Shown: positions 38,049-50,943 of the stretch, in pieces
Layout: every line of letters starts with the position of its first letter
Numbering within the stretch: position 1 is the stretch's first letter
NCBI RefSeq assembly: GCF_018350175.1
Contig: NC_058368.1
Span: 139,998,001 to 140,062,000 of the forward strand
Length of the DNA stretch: 64,000 nt
Origin: Felis catus
Lineage: Eukaryota
Reading direction: 5' to 3'
Notes under the pieces: generated by a model
What the model was told of the DNA's origin: nothing
The model's input: only the letters and a program-made list of their open reading frames with translations
The model's database searches: none
Translations under genes and position numbers: made by a program

Positions 38049-39990
38049 AAGGCCTATAATGCCCTGTATTATCTGGTCCTTGCCTACTTGTCCAACTTTA
38101 TCTTGTGCCACTGGTACCCTGGCACATTGCTCGCCAGTCTACTTTCAATTCTTGGATTGTTCATTCCTACTCAGGATCTTTGTACCTGATGTTTTCTCTT
38201 TAGGGAAGCTCTTCTTCCAACAATGTCTAATTCTTGCTTATCTGTTCTCACCTTAAATGTCACCCCCTCTGAGAAGCCTTCCCTAGCCCTGCCCCCCACT
38301 ATCATCACTAAACTAATAATATAAATTAGATTGTTTCTCCTGTTTTTTTTAGTCCATAGAATTATTTACAATTTGTCTTTATATATTCACTTGTTTCTAC
38401 CAGTGTATATACCCACTATTTATACCCACTGTATCCCCAGCATTTAACTTAATTCTTGGCCCCTAATAGATTTTTCATAAATAATGACTGAATGAATGAA
38501 TGGACTAGAAGATGCTTAAGGGAAAGCCTCAATATCTCTAGCCCTTTGGTCACTTGTCAAGATCACTATTCAGGGAGCTAGACTCTCCTAAAGACTGGGT
38601 AGGGAGGGCTACCCCAGGGCAGGACCAACACCATCATAGCCAGTTGCCTGGCTGAATGTTTTGATATAGGTAAGTAGTTTCTGCATCTAGTGGGGATCCA
38701 TCCAGGTTCCTGGCCAACTGCTCCCACACTTGGCTCCTCTTATAGCCCTGTCTCTCTAACTTCCTTTCTTCTAAAGAAGTTTGCTACACTTTTCTATGAT
38801 CCCTTTATGATTTATATTCTCACCTTGCCTTCCCTACCTTTGTTCATACCACTGTATCCAGCCCTAGTAAAGGCACCTCATTCCTCTATAGTCCATAGCC
38901 CTTTGGGGAGATCCTCTCATCTTAGCACACATACAGCCTGCCTGTAAAACACAGACTCACTATTCAACTCCATTGCAATTTAGATACTATTACTTAACAT
39001 TTAGGCAGTACTAGATAGAGGCTGAGAACTTTACAAGGATGACTGCATTCAATTCCCATTCAATCCCAACTGGTCTGTGGAGTAACTACTATTATATCTA
39101 TTTTGTGATGGACAAGATTGGTGAAGTGGATCCGCCCAAGGTAAGAGGTGACTTTGGCATTAAAACCCAAATGGTCTGATTGTAAGGTCAACACATACTC
39201 TTAATTCTCCACTGCATTACAGTATAATTGTACAACTTGCCTCATTGAGACCACAGGACATTGCTTTATTTTCTAGTAAACAGAGTTTGTTTTAAATTAT
39301 GCTTTGGTTTCTTTCTTTCTTTGCTTTAAAACATAGAAAAATTTGGAAAAGGAATTATAATAGCCTAGGCCTTAGAGCAATCAGTCTCATTGTGTTATTG
39401 TCTTACTAATTTTGCTTTTGAGTCCTATTCTATTATGGAGAGGGGAGAAGGGTCCATGGTCATTGTGGGGCCATTTGCACTTATATATTATCCTCTACAA
39501 GGGTGGAGAGTGTCTGGGAAGAGGCAATGAGCATACATTGGTGCCAATATAATGAACAGGAGTACAGTGAGCAAAACAGTTTTTCTTTTTTTTAAATTTT
39601 AAATTAGCTTGTATTCTTTCTCTTGTAAAGTAACTTTTGTTACATTATGAAAAAACAGCAGATGCTTATAAAATATTGATATATAAAAGTGTTAACCAAT
39701 ATATTTAAGTACATGGTGAGTTTGCTTATAAGAAATGTCCATGGGTTTGTTATTTTTTGAGCATATTGCCTGTGATATAATAGTTTATATAATCATTTTT
39801 TCAAACATGGTTGAAATTTTTATTTGATTTCCCCATATGAAACCATGTATTCTACGTTAGATACGCAAAAGTAAATTAAATAAAAATTTAAAAAATTATT
39901 ATGTGTTTGCTCTTTGAATTATAAGAATTAAAATGAGAGAAAATGAACTTTTTCACCCACCAGGTTGGTAAAAATTGTACCAATTTTTAA

Positions 39991-40203
39991 TTTTTTTTTT
40001 AAACGTTTATTTATTTTTGGGACAGAGAGAGACAGAGCATGAACGGGGGAGGGGCAGAGAGAGAGGGAGACACAGAATCCGAAACAGGCTCCAGGCTCTG
40101 AGCCATTAGCCCAGAGCCTGACTCAGGGCTCGAACTCACGGACCGTGAGATCGTGAGCTGGCTGAAGTCGGACGCTCAACCGACTGCGCCACCCAGGCGC
40201 CCC
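39991..40203 (-). mobile_element. Can-SINE, young SINEC_Fc-like
   Basis: TSD ccaatttttaa at 39980-39990 and 40204-40214. Confidence 0.97.
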
Positions 40204-40322
40204 CCAATTTTTAAATGAAAAGATAATGTTTAGTGTCTGGCATTGGTGTGAATATAAGGGAAATATGTTTTTTTCTCTTACTTACAAGTTTTCTTACCCC
40301 CTAGGGGTAGGACAGAAATATC

Positions 40323-41561
40323 TTTTTTTTTTTTTAGTATAAAATTTATTGTCAAATTGTTTTCTTTTTTTTTTTTAAATATTTTTTTTCAACGTTTATT
40401 TATTTTTGGGACAGAGAGAGACAGAGCATGAACGGGGGAGGGGCAGAGAGAGAGGGAGACACAGAATCGGAAACAGGCTCTAGGCTCTGAGCCATCAGCC
40501 CAGATTCTGACGCGGGGCTCGAACTCCCAGACCGCAAGATCGTGACCTGGCTGAAGTCGGACGCTTAACTGACTGCGCCACCCAGGCGCCCCTCAAATTG
40601 TTTTCTATACAACACCCAGTGCTCCTCCCAACAGGTGTCCTCCTCACCCACCCTCCCTTCCCTCCCACTCCCCATCAACTCTCAGTTCAGAGTTTCTTAT
40701 GGTTTGGCTCTCTCCCTCTCAAACTTTTTTAACCTCCCCTATGGTCTTCTGTTAAGTTTCTCAGGATCCACATAAGAGTGAAGACATATGGTATCTGTCT
40801 TTCTCTGTATGACTTATTTCACTTAGCATAACACTCTCCAGTTCCATCCACATTGCTACAAAAGGCCATATTTCATTCTTTCTCATTGCCAAGTAGTATC
40901 CCATTGTGTATATAAACCACAATTTCTTTATCCATTCATCAGTTGATGGACATTTAGGCTCTATCGGGGGCTCATGAAGATAAAAAGCTTCTGCACCGCA
41001 AAGGAAACAATCAACAAAACTAAAAGGCAACCGACAGAATGGGAAAAGACATTTGCAACTGACATATCAGACAAAGGGCTAGTATCCAAAATCTATAAAG
41101 AACTCACAAAACTCCACACCCAAAAAACAAATAATCCAGTGAAGAAATGGGCAGAAAACATGAATAGACACTTCTCTAAAGAAGACATCCAGATGGCCAA
41201 CAGGCACATGAAAAGATGCTCAATGTCATTCCTCATCAGGGAAATACAAATCAAAACTACACTGAGATATCACCTCATGCCAGTCAGAGTGGCTAAAATG
41301 ACCAAATCAGGAGACTATAGATGCTGGAGAGGATGTGGAGAAATGGGAACCCTCTTGCACTGTTGGTGGGAATGCAAACTGGGGCAGCCACGCTGGAAAA
41401 CAGTGTGGAGGTTCCTCAAAAAATTAAAAATAGATCTACCCTATGACCCAGCAATAGCACTTCTAGGAATTTACCCAAGGGATACAGGAGTGCTGATGCA
41501 TAGGGGCACTTGTACCCCAATGTTTATAGCAGCACTTTCAACAATAGCCAAATTAGGGAAA
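40323..41561 (-). mobile_element. Young felid L1 (L1_Fc-like) with 5' inversion
   Basis: T tail 40323-40335, antisense 3' end to 40962, then sense ORF2 segment 40961-41561. Confidence 0.94.
40366..40592 (-). mobile_element. Can-SINE, young SINEC_Fc-like, inside the L1 3'UTR
   Basis: TSD tcaaattgttttct at 40352-40365 and 40593-40606. Confidence 0.97.
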
Positions 41562-41570
41562 TGTATTTGA
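40974..41570 (+). pseudogene. L1 ORF2p C-terminal fragment (198-aa open frame, cysteine-rich zinc knuckle); not a host gene
   Basis: [54 protein letters not shown]. Confidence 0.93.
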
Positions 41571-41859
41571 AAGCTGTCTCAGCAATTTCATTTCTTGGAA
41601 TATACTCCACAGAAGTTCTCAACCATGTGCATAGGAATTGATGTATAAATCATTATATAAATAGTAAGGAAAGAGTAAGAAAAGGGTAATAATTATGGGT
41701 ATAATTAAGGGTATTATATTACAATCATCAGTACTACAAATACCATAGAGCTGTTGAAGATCTAAGTGGACTAATACAGCTAAGACTTATTAATGATAGT
41801 GAAAGCAAGTTACAAAAGAATAAATATGTATTATCTTGCTTAGTTTAAGAAATATATGA

Positions 41860-41911
41860 ATCGCTTCTCGGCCTTTTGGCTAAGATCAAGTGTAGTATCT
41901 GTCCTTATCAG
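41860..41911 (+). pseudogene. RNU2: 3'-truncated U2 snRNA retropseudogene (nt 1-52), no poly(A)
   Basis: atcgcttctcggccttttggctaagatcaagtgtagtatctgtccttatcag equals the U2 5' end as I recall it, with one change (41903); TSD agaaatatatga at 41848-41859 and 41910-41921. Confidence 0.96.
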
Positions 41912-42239
41912 AAATATATGACATTTATGTGTAGAGGCATATGAAAGATCAGAAACGTTATTAATGTTTACCTCTGGGGAGAGGATGAGATTGGCCAGTC
42001 TGGTGAGGAAATAGAGGAATGGTCACATTCTCGGTGTTTCTATACAATTCTCTACCAATTAGGTTTTTGTACACTGACTATCCATACATGAATTACCTTT
42101 TTAACTTTATAGCAGAAATGAAAAAAATTTACTGTGAATCTATAAATTTTTGTTTAGATTAAAATTATGGGCTCTATGTGTAGTGCATGTGGCATCTGAA
42201 TTATGCTACATTTGGGTGATATTACTGCAATGTGACCTT

Positions 42240-42560
42240 AGTGTATATTTTGTTACAAGGAACAGAAACCCATTCACAAAGTATAAGTAGAATTAAGGGG
42301 AGTTTATTGAAAAAAATGTAAGAGAATCATAGGATCCTCATGTATAATCCAGCCTCAAGGAAACGGAGTTCAGAAGCTTCTCTCTCCATTTCTTTTTCTA
42401 TAGCCCCAAGGTCTTACATTTGTTCCTCTTCACACATCTGCCCAATTCTCCTCTGCAGACTGCCTTCCTCTTTTTTTGTGTGTCTGTTTGTTTTTAATCA
42501 TCCTTGGATTTATGATTTTACAGGCTTACCACCATTTTGAGCTGAGGAAATTCTAGGAGA
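42240..42560 (-). mobile_element. Old MaLR LTR relic (MLT1I/J/K-like)
   Basis: ttgttacaaggaacagaaacccattca..ggggagtttattgaaa. Confidence 0.5.
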
Positions 42561-43062
42561 TACGTACTTTGGATAATGACTTTGATTCTATCAGTTAACT
42601 CAATCTGATATTTTATTTTTGAAGTTTGAAATTAATTTCCAACTATTAATAGTATTTAAAATTTCAACCATGTGTAGTTCCTGTTTTTTACTCAGGTCCT
42701 GCTACTAAAGTGCAGCCAAGTTTTATATAAAAAGCCCTATTTAGTCAGAAGTTTGTGGGCAGTGACATATGGGGTGGGGCCAAGCAAAGCTAAACAATGT
42801 GCTATTTTGGCAAAGCTTGAGTTCATATGGCTAAAGGCAAACATGTGTTATGAGCAAAGAGGAGGACTTACAGCTAGTGTTCAGTGATTATTTACTCTTC
42901 ATTTACAAGAAGGAAAGTTGACTTACATTCTTACTGATCCTCATCGGAACATAGTCTTTAAGACTAGCCCACTACGACAGAGGTTTATGATAGGAATTAA
43001 TTGCCAGTTGAGTAGTATGTCAAATGTTTCTTACCTGAACCTAGTAATTACCCTTCTCAACA

Positions 43063-44115
43063 CAGGCAGTCCTTACTTTGCACATTAGTAGGGGATCTAA
43101 AAATGACCACGCAGAATGATTTTAATAATCAATGCAAAAATTACCATTGTTCTGTGATCTTATAATAATTTTGTCAAAACATTAAAAACTCTCTTCCTGT
43201 CATGTTTGTATGGGGAAATGAAAAAAGATAGTAAAACCAATATGTAATTAGTGCACTATAATTTATAACATTAGAAACATTGAGAATTAAAGTGCTTTCT
43301 TGGTAAAACAGTTATTAAATGCAGTTTGAAGAATAATTGCCTCCTTGTCATAATACATTTGTATGGAGTGAGCATCTTTTCTTTTTTTATGTTTTTATTT
43401 ATTTTTGAGAGAGAGAGCAGGAGTGGGCACGAGCGGGGGAGGAGCAGAGAGAGGAGACAGAGGATCTGAAGCAGGCTCTGAGCTGACAGCACAGAACCCA
43501 ACATGGGGCTCCAACTCTCGAGCCATGAGATCACGACCTGAGCCAAAGTCAGACACAACCGACTGAGCCACCCAGGCCCCCCAAGTGAGCATCTTTTCTA
43601 CCTATGCCTTGGTGATTGCCATACTCTTTTCTTGGTTTGGATTGGCTCCCAACATCGTATCCTATGTGCTTTCAAGGTTGCGAAATATTTGAGAGTTCAT
43701 TTAATGTAGTGTTTTGCCAGTGTCACTTCCTCTGGGAGATCTTCATCCTTCTTGTCATAATCACCTTCATCATTTATGTCAATAAGTTCACCCTCACTAA
43801 GTTCCTGGGCTTGCATATCTGGTGTCTTAGATGGTAGCAATGTTTCTTCCATAACTCCATGTACATTCCATGTGAATTTCACCTATCACATTATCACTTT
43901 TTTTTTTTTTTTGCTCTTTCACCTTTCTTGGCCAATTCCCATTTTCAGTTATGCATTTTTATAAAATGTCATGTGGATTTATCACTGGGAGACAAAGAGG
44001 CAACATATAGGCTTTACTGTGTGTGAACTGAGTAGCTGGTGGAGGACTGGTGCTTTTTGAACTGTGGCAACTGCAATTTATGCATAATGGTACTGTGTAA
44101 GGAGAGAACTGCCTG
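43063..44115 (-). mobile_element. Tigger/pogo DNA transposon, internally deleted (Tigger6a-like)
   Basis: TIRs caggcagtccttactttgcac and gtgtaaggagagaactgcctg followed by TA; acidic transposase C-terminal remnant in ORF 43697-43882 (ELSEGELIDINDEGDYDKKDEDLPEEV). Confidence 0.85.
43383..43582 (-). mobile_element. Can-SINE inside Tigger
   Basis: TSD agtgagcatcttttct at 43367-43382 and 43584-43599. Confidence 0.96.
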
Positions 44116-44625
44116 TATATCTCACAGAAGTGCATATATGTATTCACCCAAGCACAGGCACAAAAATGTGAATAGTGGTACCATTCATAATATTGCTAAA
44201 TTGGAAACTATCCAAATGCCCTCCAGAAGTAGAATAGAGAAATAAATTGTGGCTTAGTCATAATATGGACTACTTTATAGCAATGGGGTTGAACAAATAC
44301 AACTACATGAAACAACAGGGATGAATCTCACAAAATGTTGAACAAAAGAATCCAAACATCAAAGAATGTGCGTTCTTTGATTCCATTTATGTAAAGTTCA
44401 AAAACAGGCAAAACTAATCTATGGGATCAGATGTCAGTCCTTGGCAGAGGTAATGCCTAGAAAGGAGCATATGTGGGCTTTGGGGTGGTGGTAATGTTTG
44501 CTTCTTAACCTAGGGCACTGATTACACAGGTATTTTTACTTTGTGATAATTCAACAACCTGTACATTTTTGATTGGTGCCTCCTTCTATAGGTGTGTTAC
44601 AGTTCAATAAGACTTTTACTAAAAA
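44116..44625 (+). mobile_element. Old L1 3' end (L1MD-like)
   Basis: ggatgaatctcacaaa..gattccatttatgtaaagttcaaaaacaggcaaaactaatctatgg. Confidence 0.85.
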
Positions 44626-45709
44626 AGTAACACATCTCTCACAATAACTCACAGATAAAAATTTGTAATAAATTTACTCTTCTAATGTAAATTACAGTGG
44701 ATTCTGTGAGCTCCCTAGAGCAACCTCAATAGCACTCCCTACTTGCTGGAAGTAAGTGCTTACTTTCTTGATTTTGAAGAAAAAATGATGCCTCCTGTTC
44801 CCCAATGCCTCCTGTTCCCAGCTAATGACTACCTCTCATACAAGTAAGTATAAAGACCATCGGTAGAAAAAGGAGCATGCCTCCTCAGGCCTAGAAGACA
44901 CATTAGAGCTTCAGCTTAGGGAAGAGGGAGGTGCCTGGTTCCCAGCCTCCTAGGCTAGGAAGCCAAAGGTACGGGTGCAGGAGGAGGGGGGTGGTGGGGC
45001 ATCACCCACACTCGAGAAGAAAAAAAATGATGAAATGGGGATGAGCAGGAGAGTATGTCACACCAGTTCATATCATTTGTCACTAAGCTATCATTAAAAA
45101 GAAAAGCTGGGAAGGGCTCCACAGCATGAAGTGCAGAAAGACTGCTACTCTCAGGGCCAGCAGCCTGTGTACCATGTTCCCCAGCCTGAGCCCACCTCAC
45201 ATCTTGAAGTTACCAACGGGGCCTTTGACACCACAGGCCTGTGTATCTAGAAGACTTGAGTTAACTCCTTCAAACAGCATGATCAAGTTCTTAAGGCAAC
45301 TGCTTAGAAAATGGGCTTCCAGAGAAGTGGGTGGGTTTATCACATTTCAAAAAAAAAAAAATTAAGGCAACATTTGGTTCTTGATTAATTAATTAATTCA
45401 ACCATTAGTTATTGTCCATTTACCAATAATTATTGGGAGGGCCTTAGGCTAGGCTTTCCCATTCTTTATTTTCTTTCTTTTTTCCTTAGGTTAAAAAAAA
45501 AAAAAACGATCCAACATAACTTATGTGGTAATTCAAATTGTTCTGTAAGGTCTTTTTCAAAAATCAGTAGTCCTTTAACCACAATTTTCATTTCCTATTT
45601 CCCAGTGACAGTTAAGTTCAACTTTTTAATAGATTCCTTTGATATTTTCTGCTGTATCTCTAAACCACATGCTTATATTGCTACCTCCTGTTTTTATAGC
45701 ATTTGACAT

Positions 45710-46047
45710 TGTATTAGCTGCCATAGCATTCCATTGTATTGGGTTACTATATCAAAATACCATAAACTGAGTGGCTTAAACAATAGACATTTCTTTCTCA
45801 CAGTTCTGGAAATTGTGAAATCCAAGATCAAGGTGCCTTCCCATTCAGTTCTTGGTGAGAGCCCTCTTCCTGGCTTTCAGATAGCCACCTCCTTACTCTG
45901 TCTTCAGTAATCTCACCACGAGGGCCCTACCTTCGTGACTGAATCCAACCTCAGTTACTTCTCAAATTCCCATCTCTAAATACCATAACATTAGGAGTAA
46001 AGCTTCAGTATATGAATTTTGGAGGAGCACAGTTTCACTCCATTCCA
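45710..46047 (-). mobile_element. MaLR solo LTR, MLT1A-like
   Basis: aaaataccataaactgagtggcttaaacaa..tccaagatcaaggtgcc; perfect 5-bp TSD gacat at 45705-45709 and 46048-46052. Confidence 0.88.
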
Positions 46048-46289
46048 GACATTATCTCTTGCCTTCCAAGTGGGAAAAAATGAAGATGTCTTCTTGTTTC
46101 CTTAACCTCACAATATAGTCACACTTCCCATCCCCCATCTCCCCATGTAATTGTATGATGATTTTAGTAAGTCAGTTAAGCAAGAACCCAGAAGCATGCT
46201 GCTTTAAATACAGTTGAATCCCAAACCTATGCCTTCCAACCTTGACCTCTGTCCTGCCCTGGCAATCTCATATAGCCTGTACCATGACT

Positions 46290-46680
46290 ATTCAGGTCTG
46301 TGTGCCTTTACTTATCTGATCCTTCTACCTAGAATGTCTTTCCTCCTCTTCTTCACCTGGATTCTTCCATCTTTGTTATTGTTGTTGTTTTTTATTCTTC
46401 CATCTTTTAATTCAAATCTGAATTCAGACCTATTTCTTCCAGCAAACCTTCCCTTGCCCCTGCCTATTTCTACCCAAGGTCTCTGACTTGGGAATAAAAC
46501 TTTAGTCCTACAATTATCATCCCACGTTGAATTTCTATGTGTAAGAGTATCCCCACCTCAAGACTATAAGCTCTCTGAAGAGAGAGACCTTGCTTTTTCA
46601 TCAGTGTATCCCTAGTACTAGCACTATGCTTAGCACATAAGATGCATTCCATACATGTTTATTTAACAAATACAAATCAA
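46290..46680 (+). mobile_element. L2 3' relic
   Basis: agactataagctctctgaag..tgtatccctagtactagcac..atacatgtttatt. Confidence 0.68.
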
Positions 46681-47254
46681 TTGATATTTGGTGCTTTCAT
46701 TCACCTGTGCCTTCAGGTTTTGCTTTTCTTAATATCAGTCAGATACCTTTGCTTTAATGGGACTAAAATTGTTTCCTACCAGTTTAATGATCTTCTTGGT
46801 TCCCAACAAGATTTACAGGCCAACCACAATTTGCAAAAACTATCTCAGAGACAAGAGTCGTGGTTACACTTGACTGACTTCTTAATGGGCATGTTTCTTA
46901 CTTAAGAATATAACTGCCCTTCGCTTATTAGAGTTGCTTTGTACTAAATCAATACAAGAGGGTTAGAGGAAAGGGCAAATAATCCTTATAGTAGTTACAG
47001 CACTATCTCATGATAAGAAAATAAGATTGGAAGGTTTACTAACTGAATGGATTTACATTGCAGGAGAGTCTTAATCTTTTGTTACTTCATAAATGAGTGG
47101 ATAACCCTTAGGTCACAAGAATATTTTTTAAATGTAATTTTATGCTTGCTTTATTACTTCCCTAAGACCCTCTAGCTTGTTTATTTAAAGTACCTTATTA
47201 TAATCTCTCCTTCTTCCTTCCTTCTTTCCTTCCTTTCTCCTATCATTTTTATAG

Positions 47255-47410
47255 AATTTATCTTTTAGACCAGTTTTAGGTTCATACAAGAATTGAGGTG
47301 GGAGATACAGGGATTTCCTATATATTGCCTATCCTATGCATGTATAGCCTCCTCATTATTAACATGCCCCACCGAAGTGGTTCATTTGTTACAGTTGATG
47401 AAACTCTATG
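47255..47410 (-). mobile_element. Old L1 3'UTR fragment (L1MC-like)
   Basis: cagttttaggttcatac..ccccaccgaagtggttcatttgttacagttgatgaa. Confidence 0.7.
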
Positions 47411-49101
47411 CACCTTTGGTTATTCTTTTAAAAAGAAAGGTGTGTGATCTCCGTGTCTTTTCTCCACTGCCTACAAGGTAGAATTTAGATGTGATGGTCA
47501 GAATTGCAGCAGCCACATTAGGTCATGAGATTGAAGCTGTTTGCTCAAAGTATTGGGCCATGAGTGGGGTCTCCAGCATCACGGAGCAGTTTCATGAGCC
47601 TAGGTTACCTGTCAGTTATGTGACAGAGAAACAAACTGCTATCTTGTTTAAACTATTGTTTCTTTGGCCTTTCCTACAGCTGTACCTAAACCTGTGTCAG
47701 GATATGTAAATTTCCATCATCCACAATTTATTCCTAAGGCCTAAAGCATAGTATCATCTAGATTTTCTTCTTAAAACTCGAATACTCTGGGAGAGGAGAC
47801 ATATTAAAGTGTTTAGGTCAGGAACTTCTTGACATGATTAAACTTATCAAATTATTTTTATTCATTCTCTATTTTCAGGGTTCTGGATTAAGGAAGATTC
47901 TGTTGTTAATATTGGCATTGTATTATTCAAGTTAAGAAGCCTGACTGGGGATAGAAAATTTGGCTATCTCTGCACAAGGCTGAGTCTAGAGGTGCTTGTT
48001 AGCACAGCTCCAGAATTCTCTACATGAGCAAGACCATATTTTAATGTGAAAGCTAACAAAGAATATGGTCCTTCAGGAGTAGGGTCTAGCTAACAATTCA
48101 TGAGGCTGTGAATGAAGTAGTCTAGAGTACTGCTTGAGAAATAAAATAATTTAAATACTTTTAAATTGGCAACTGGCTTTTAAGTGGGTACAACTGTTGA
48201 TGTACATTATTTTTAAGGGGTTTTACTCCCAAATGGCAAAAATATTTTGTTCCCGATAGAGTTGGCTGTGGACCTTAAAACAATCATGTCATAAGGGCAG
48301 AGTTTTTTCTGCTTTCCTGTACCTCCTCTTCTTTCTCCTTTTTTCAGGATGCAATATTCTCCCCTCTTTTGCCTCATGATTTCTCTTATTCCTCTACCCC
48401 TATTTTGTATCTTTGATTTTCCCACCCTGTCTGCTCAACATTGTAAAAGATTCACAGTCTACAAACTTCCAAATCACAAAGCAGTATTTCTCAAAATGAA
48501 CCACTCCATCTGTAACTGATATGCTAAATTTGGAGATGTGAGAAACAAGCAGGTGGATGGTTGACCTTGAACAAAACACTTCACCTCTCTTGACTTCAGT
48601 TTTATTGTCTTAAAATATGGGACAGTGATTTTGAAATAGTTTTTTTTCCTAACACCGCACTCCGGGCTTCCTCTTTTTGTTATAGACTCATTTGGAGGTG
48701 CCAGTACTCATTCTGATATGTAATAAATACCTCCTCCACCCTCCTCTTTATGGGCACCATCACCCTTCTTTGCTTTAACAAGAGAACTTTGTATTGCTGC
48801 CAAAAGGTATGTGGATATGGGAGAATTAACTTACTTGAACAGAAGTATATCAGTGTTTTTATACATGAAAAAAATGGTGGAGGACATGAATTGTTGCAAA
48901 ACAAAAGAAAACAAGAAAATTTGAATGTTGACTAAGAACTTGGAAAAACTGCTTCCCTGCTTACTCTAATTATTTGTCCACATTCACCTTTGTGTTTTTA
49001 CGAGTATAGTATAGTTTAATTTAGTTGCCTTTTTGGCTTACAGGAAAATATTTTGGGAAATTACTATTCATGTATCTAGTCCTTAGCAATTTCTTCACTG
49101 A

Positions 49102-49102
<1 letters not shown>

Positions 49103-49145
<43 letters not shown>

Positions 49146-49151
49146 CTATCT
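49103..49151. repeat. (TATC)n microsatellite
   Basis: Direct reading. Confidence 0.95.
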
Positions 49152-49259
49152 ACCGAACAACTAAATTCCTCCTTGTTGATTGGGCAAAGTAGTGTTTATT
49201 ACTGAAATTCCTGGCCAAGGTGGAATCTGTAGACTACAGTCTACCTCTTTACTGATCCC

Positions 49260-50899
49260 AGCTAAAACTCTAGACAGCAGACAAAAGGACTTTGAAAAGT
49301 AAGGATTAATATGGAAAATGGACAATGAAGTCAAAACTTGATTAACAACCTGTAGCAAAGAGGAGTTTCTTTTTTGTTGTTTTTGTTTTTTCTCCTTTGA
49401 CTCCTGGATTTGAATTGGGTTCAGGCTGGCATGTACAACTGGCAGCAAGTGCTGACAGAGAAATACTGGGAGAAATCATTTATCTAGGAGACCAGGAAAA
49501 GTGATCTGTGATTTCCCGAGTGTAGAAATAACTTTTTTTGTCTTCTGATTTTTCTGCCCTTCTGGTTCTGAGTCAGGGCCAGCCTCAGACATGGCACTGT
49601 ACTGCCATCACTGTGATGAAGGCACTTTTAACCCCACGAGAAGACCGAGTTTGAAGCTAAAGGAACTGATGAAAGGGGCCTCTTTTGTCCAAAGAATATG
49701 GGGGAATCTCTTTATTTTTCTATTTTATTATTCTTTTTTCTTTATTCTGAAAGCAGTGCCAGTTATGTGGAACTGTACAAAGCACAGGAGGCCCCATCTT
49801 TCTAGCCAAGGGAACTGGAAAAAATGTGTCACTGTGAACCAGAGTGCAGGAGAAATGCCAGAAAGAGAAGACTAGAGATGAGGATCCCTTAATTCTAGCA
49901 CAAACCAACATTAGGTCTTGGCTCACCTCCAAGTTGGGCACATGTAGGCCAGATACAAGGAAACAGTAAAGATTTCAAAAAATAAATTGCTACATAAAAA
50001 ACCTGACCAGGTTCCATGCTTTCAGGCCTTCACCAGGTAGACCCAAACAGCATAGTGAAACCTTTAAAAATAAGCTAATATTGGGACTAATATGCTCAGA
50101 AGGCAAAATAGACTTTGTGGTTCAAAACAGACCTGGTTGGTGGTTTGCTTTAAAAAACCCACATTCACACACATTCTTCAGATGATTTTAATAGGGTCCA
50201 GTGCCTACAACATAATATTCAGATGCTCATTATAGAATCCACAATTACTCAATATACAAGAATCAAAACAAATGACCAACATGCAAACAAAAAACAAAAC
50301 AACCCACAAAAATTCAGGAAACAATCATCAACAGAATTGACAGAAGGCAACATTAAGATGACCCACGTGTTGGAATTACCAGAAAAATACCTAAAGAAGT
50401 TATAATAACCATTTCCATGAAGTGATGGTGAACATTCTTGAAAGGAATCGGAAGATAGAAATTTTCAGTAGAGTAAAAGTTATAAAAAAGAAACAAACAG
50501 AAATGTTAGAACTAAAAAATATAGAATCTGAAGACCTGAACAAAACTATCAATCCACTGGACATAATTGATATTTATAGAAATTTTCAGGCAACAACTAC
50601 TAAAACACATTATTGTTAAGTGCACGTGGAACATTCACCAAGATGGATCATATCTTCAACTCTAGAGCAAACATTAAAAAATTAAAGAATTGAAGTCATA
50701 CAATGTTCTCTGGCCATAAAGAAATTATATAAGAGGGTACCTGGGTGGCTCAGTTGGTTAAACGTCCAGCCTCAGCTCAGGTCATGATTTCACGTTTTGT
50801 GAGTTTGAGCCCCGCATTGGGCTCTGTGCTGGCAGCTCAGAGCCTGGAACCTGCTTCGGATTCTGCATCTCCCTCCCTCTCTGACCCTTTCCTACACGT

Positions 50900-50943
<44 letters not shown>

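Larger units (their letters stand above)
37270..38502 (+). mobile_element. L2 relic, interrupted by a SINE and an LTR16-like LTR
   Basis: catcatctctcacctggac..tagcctcc; taaatgtcaccccctctgagaagccttccct; ends tgaatgaatgaatg. Confidence 0.72.

Noticed and set aside
41860..41911. Functional U2 gene
   Set aside because: Only the first 52 nt are present, with no Sm site or 3' stems, and it is flanked by a TSD.
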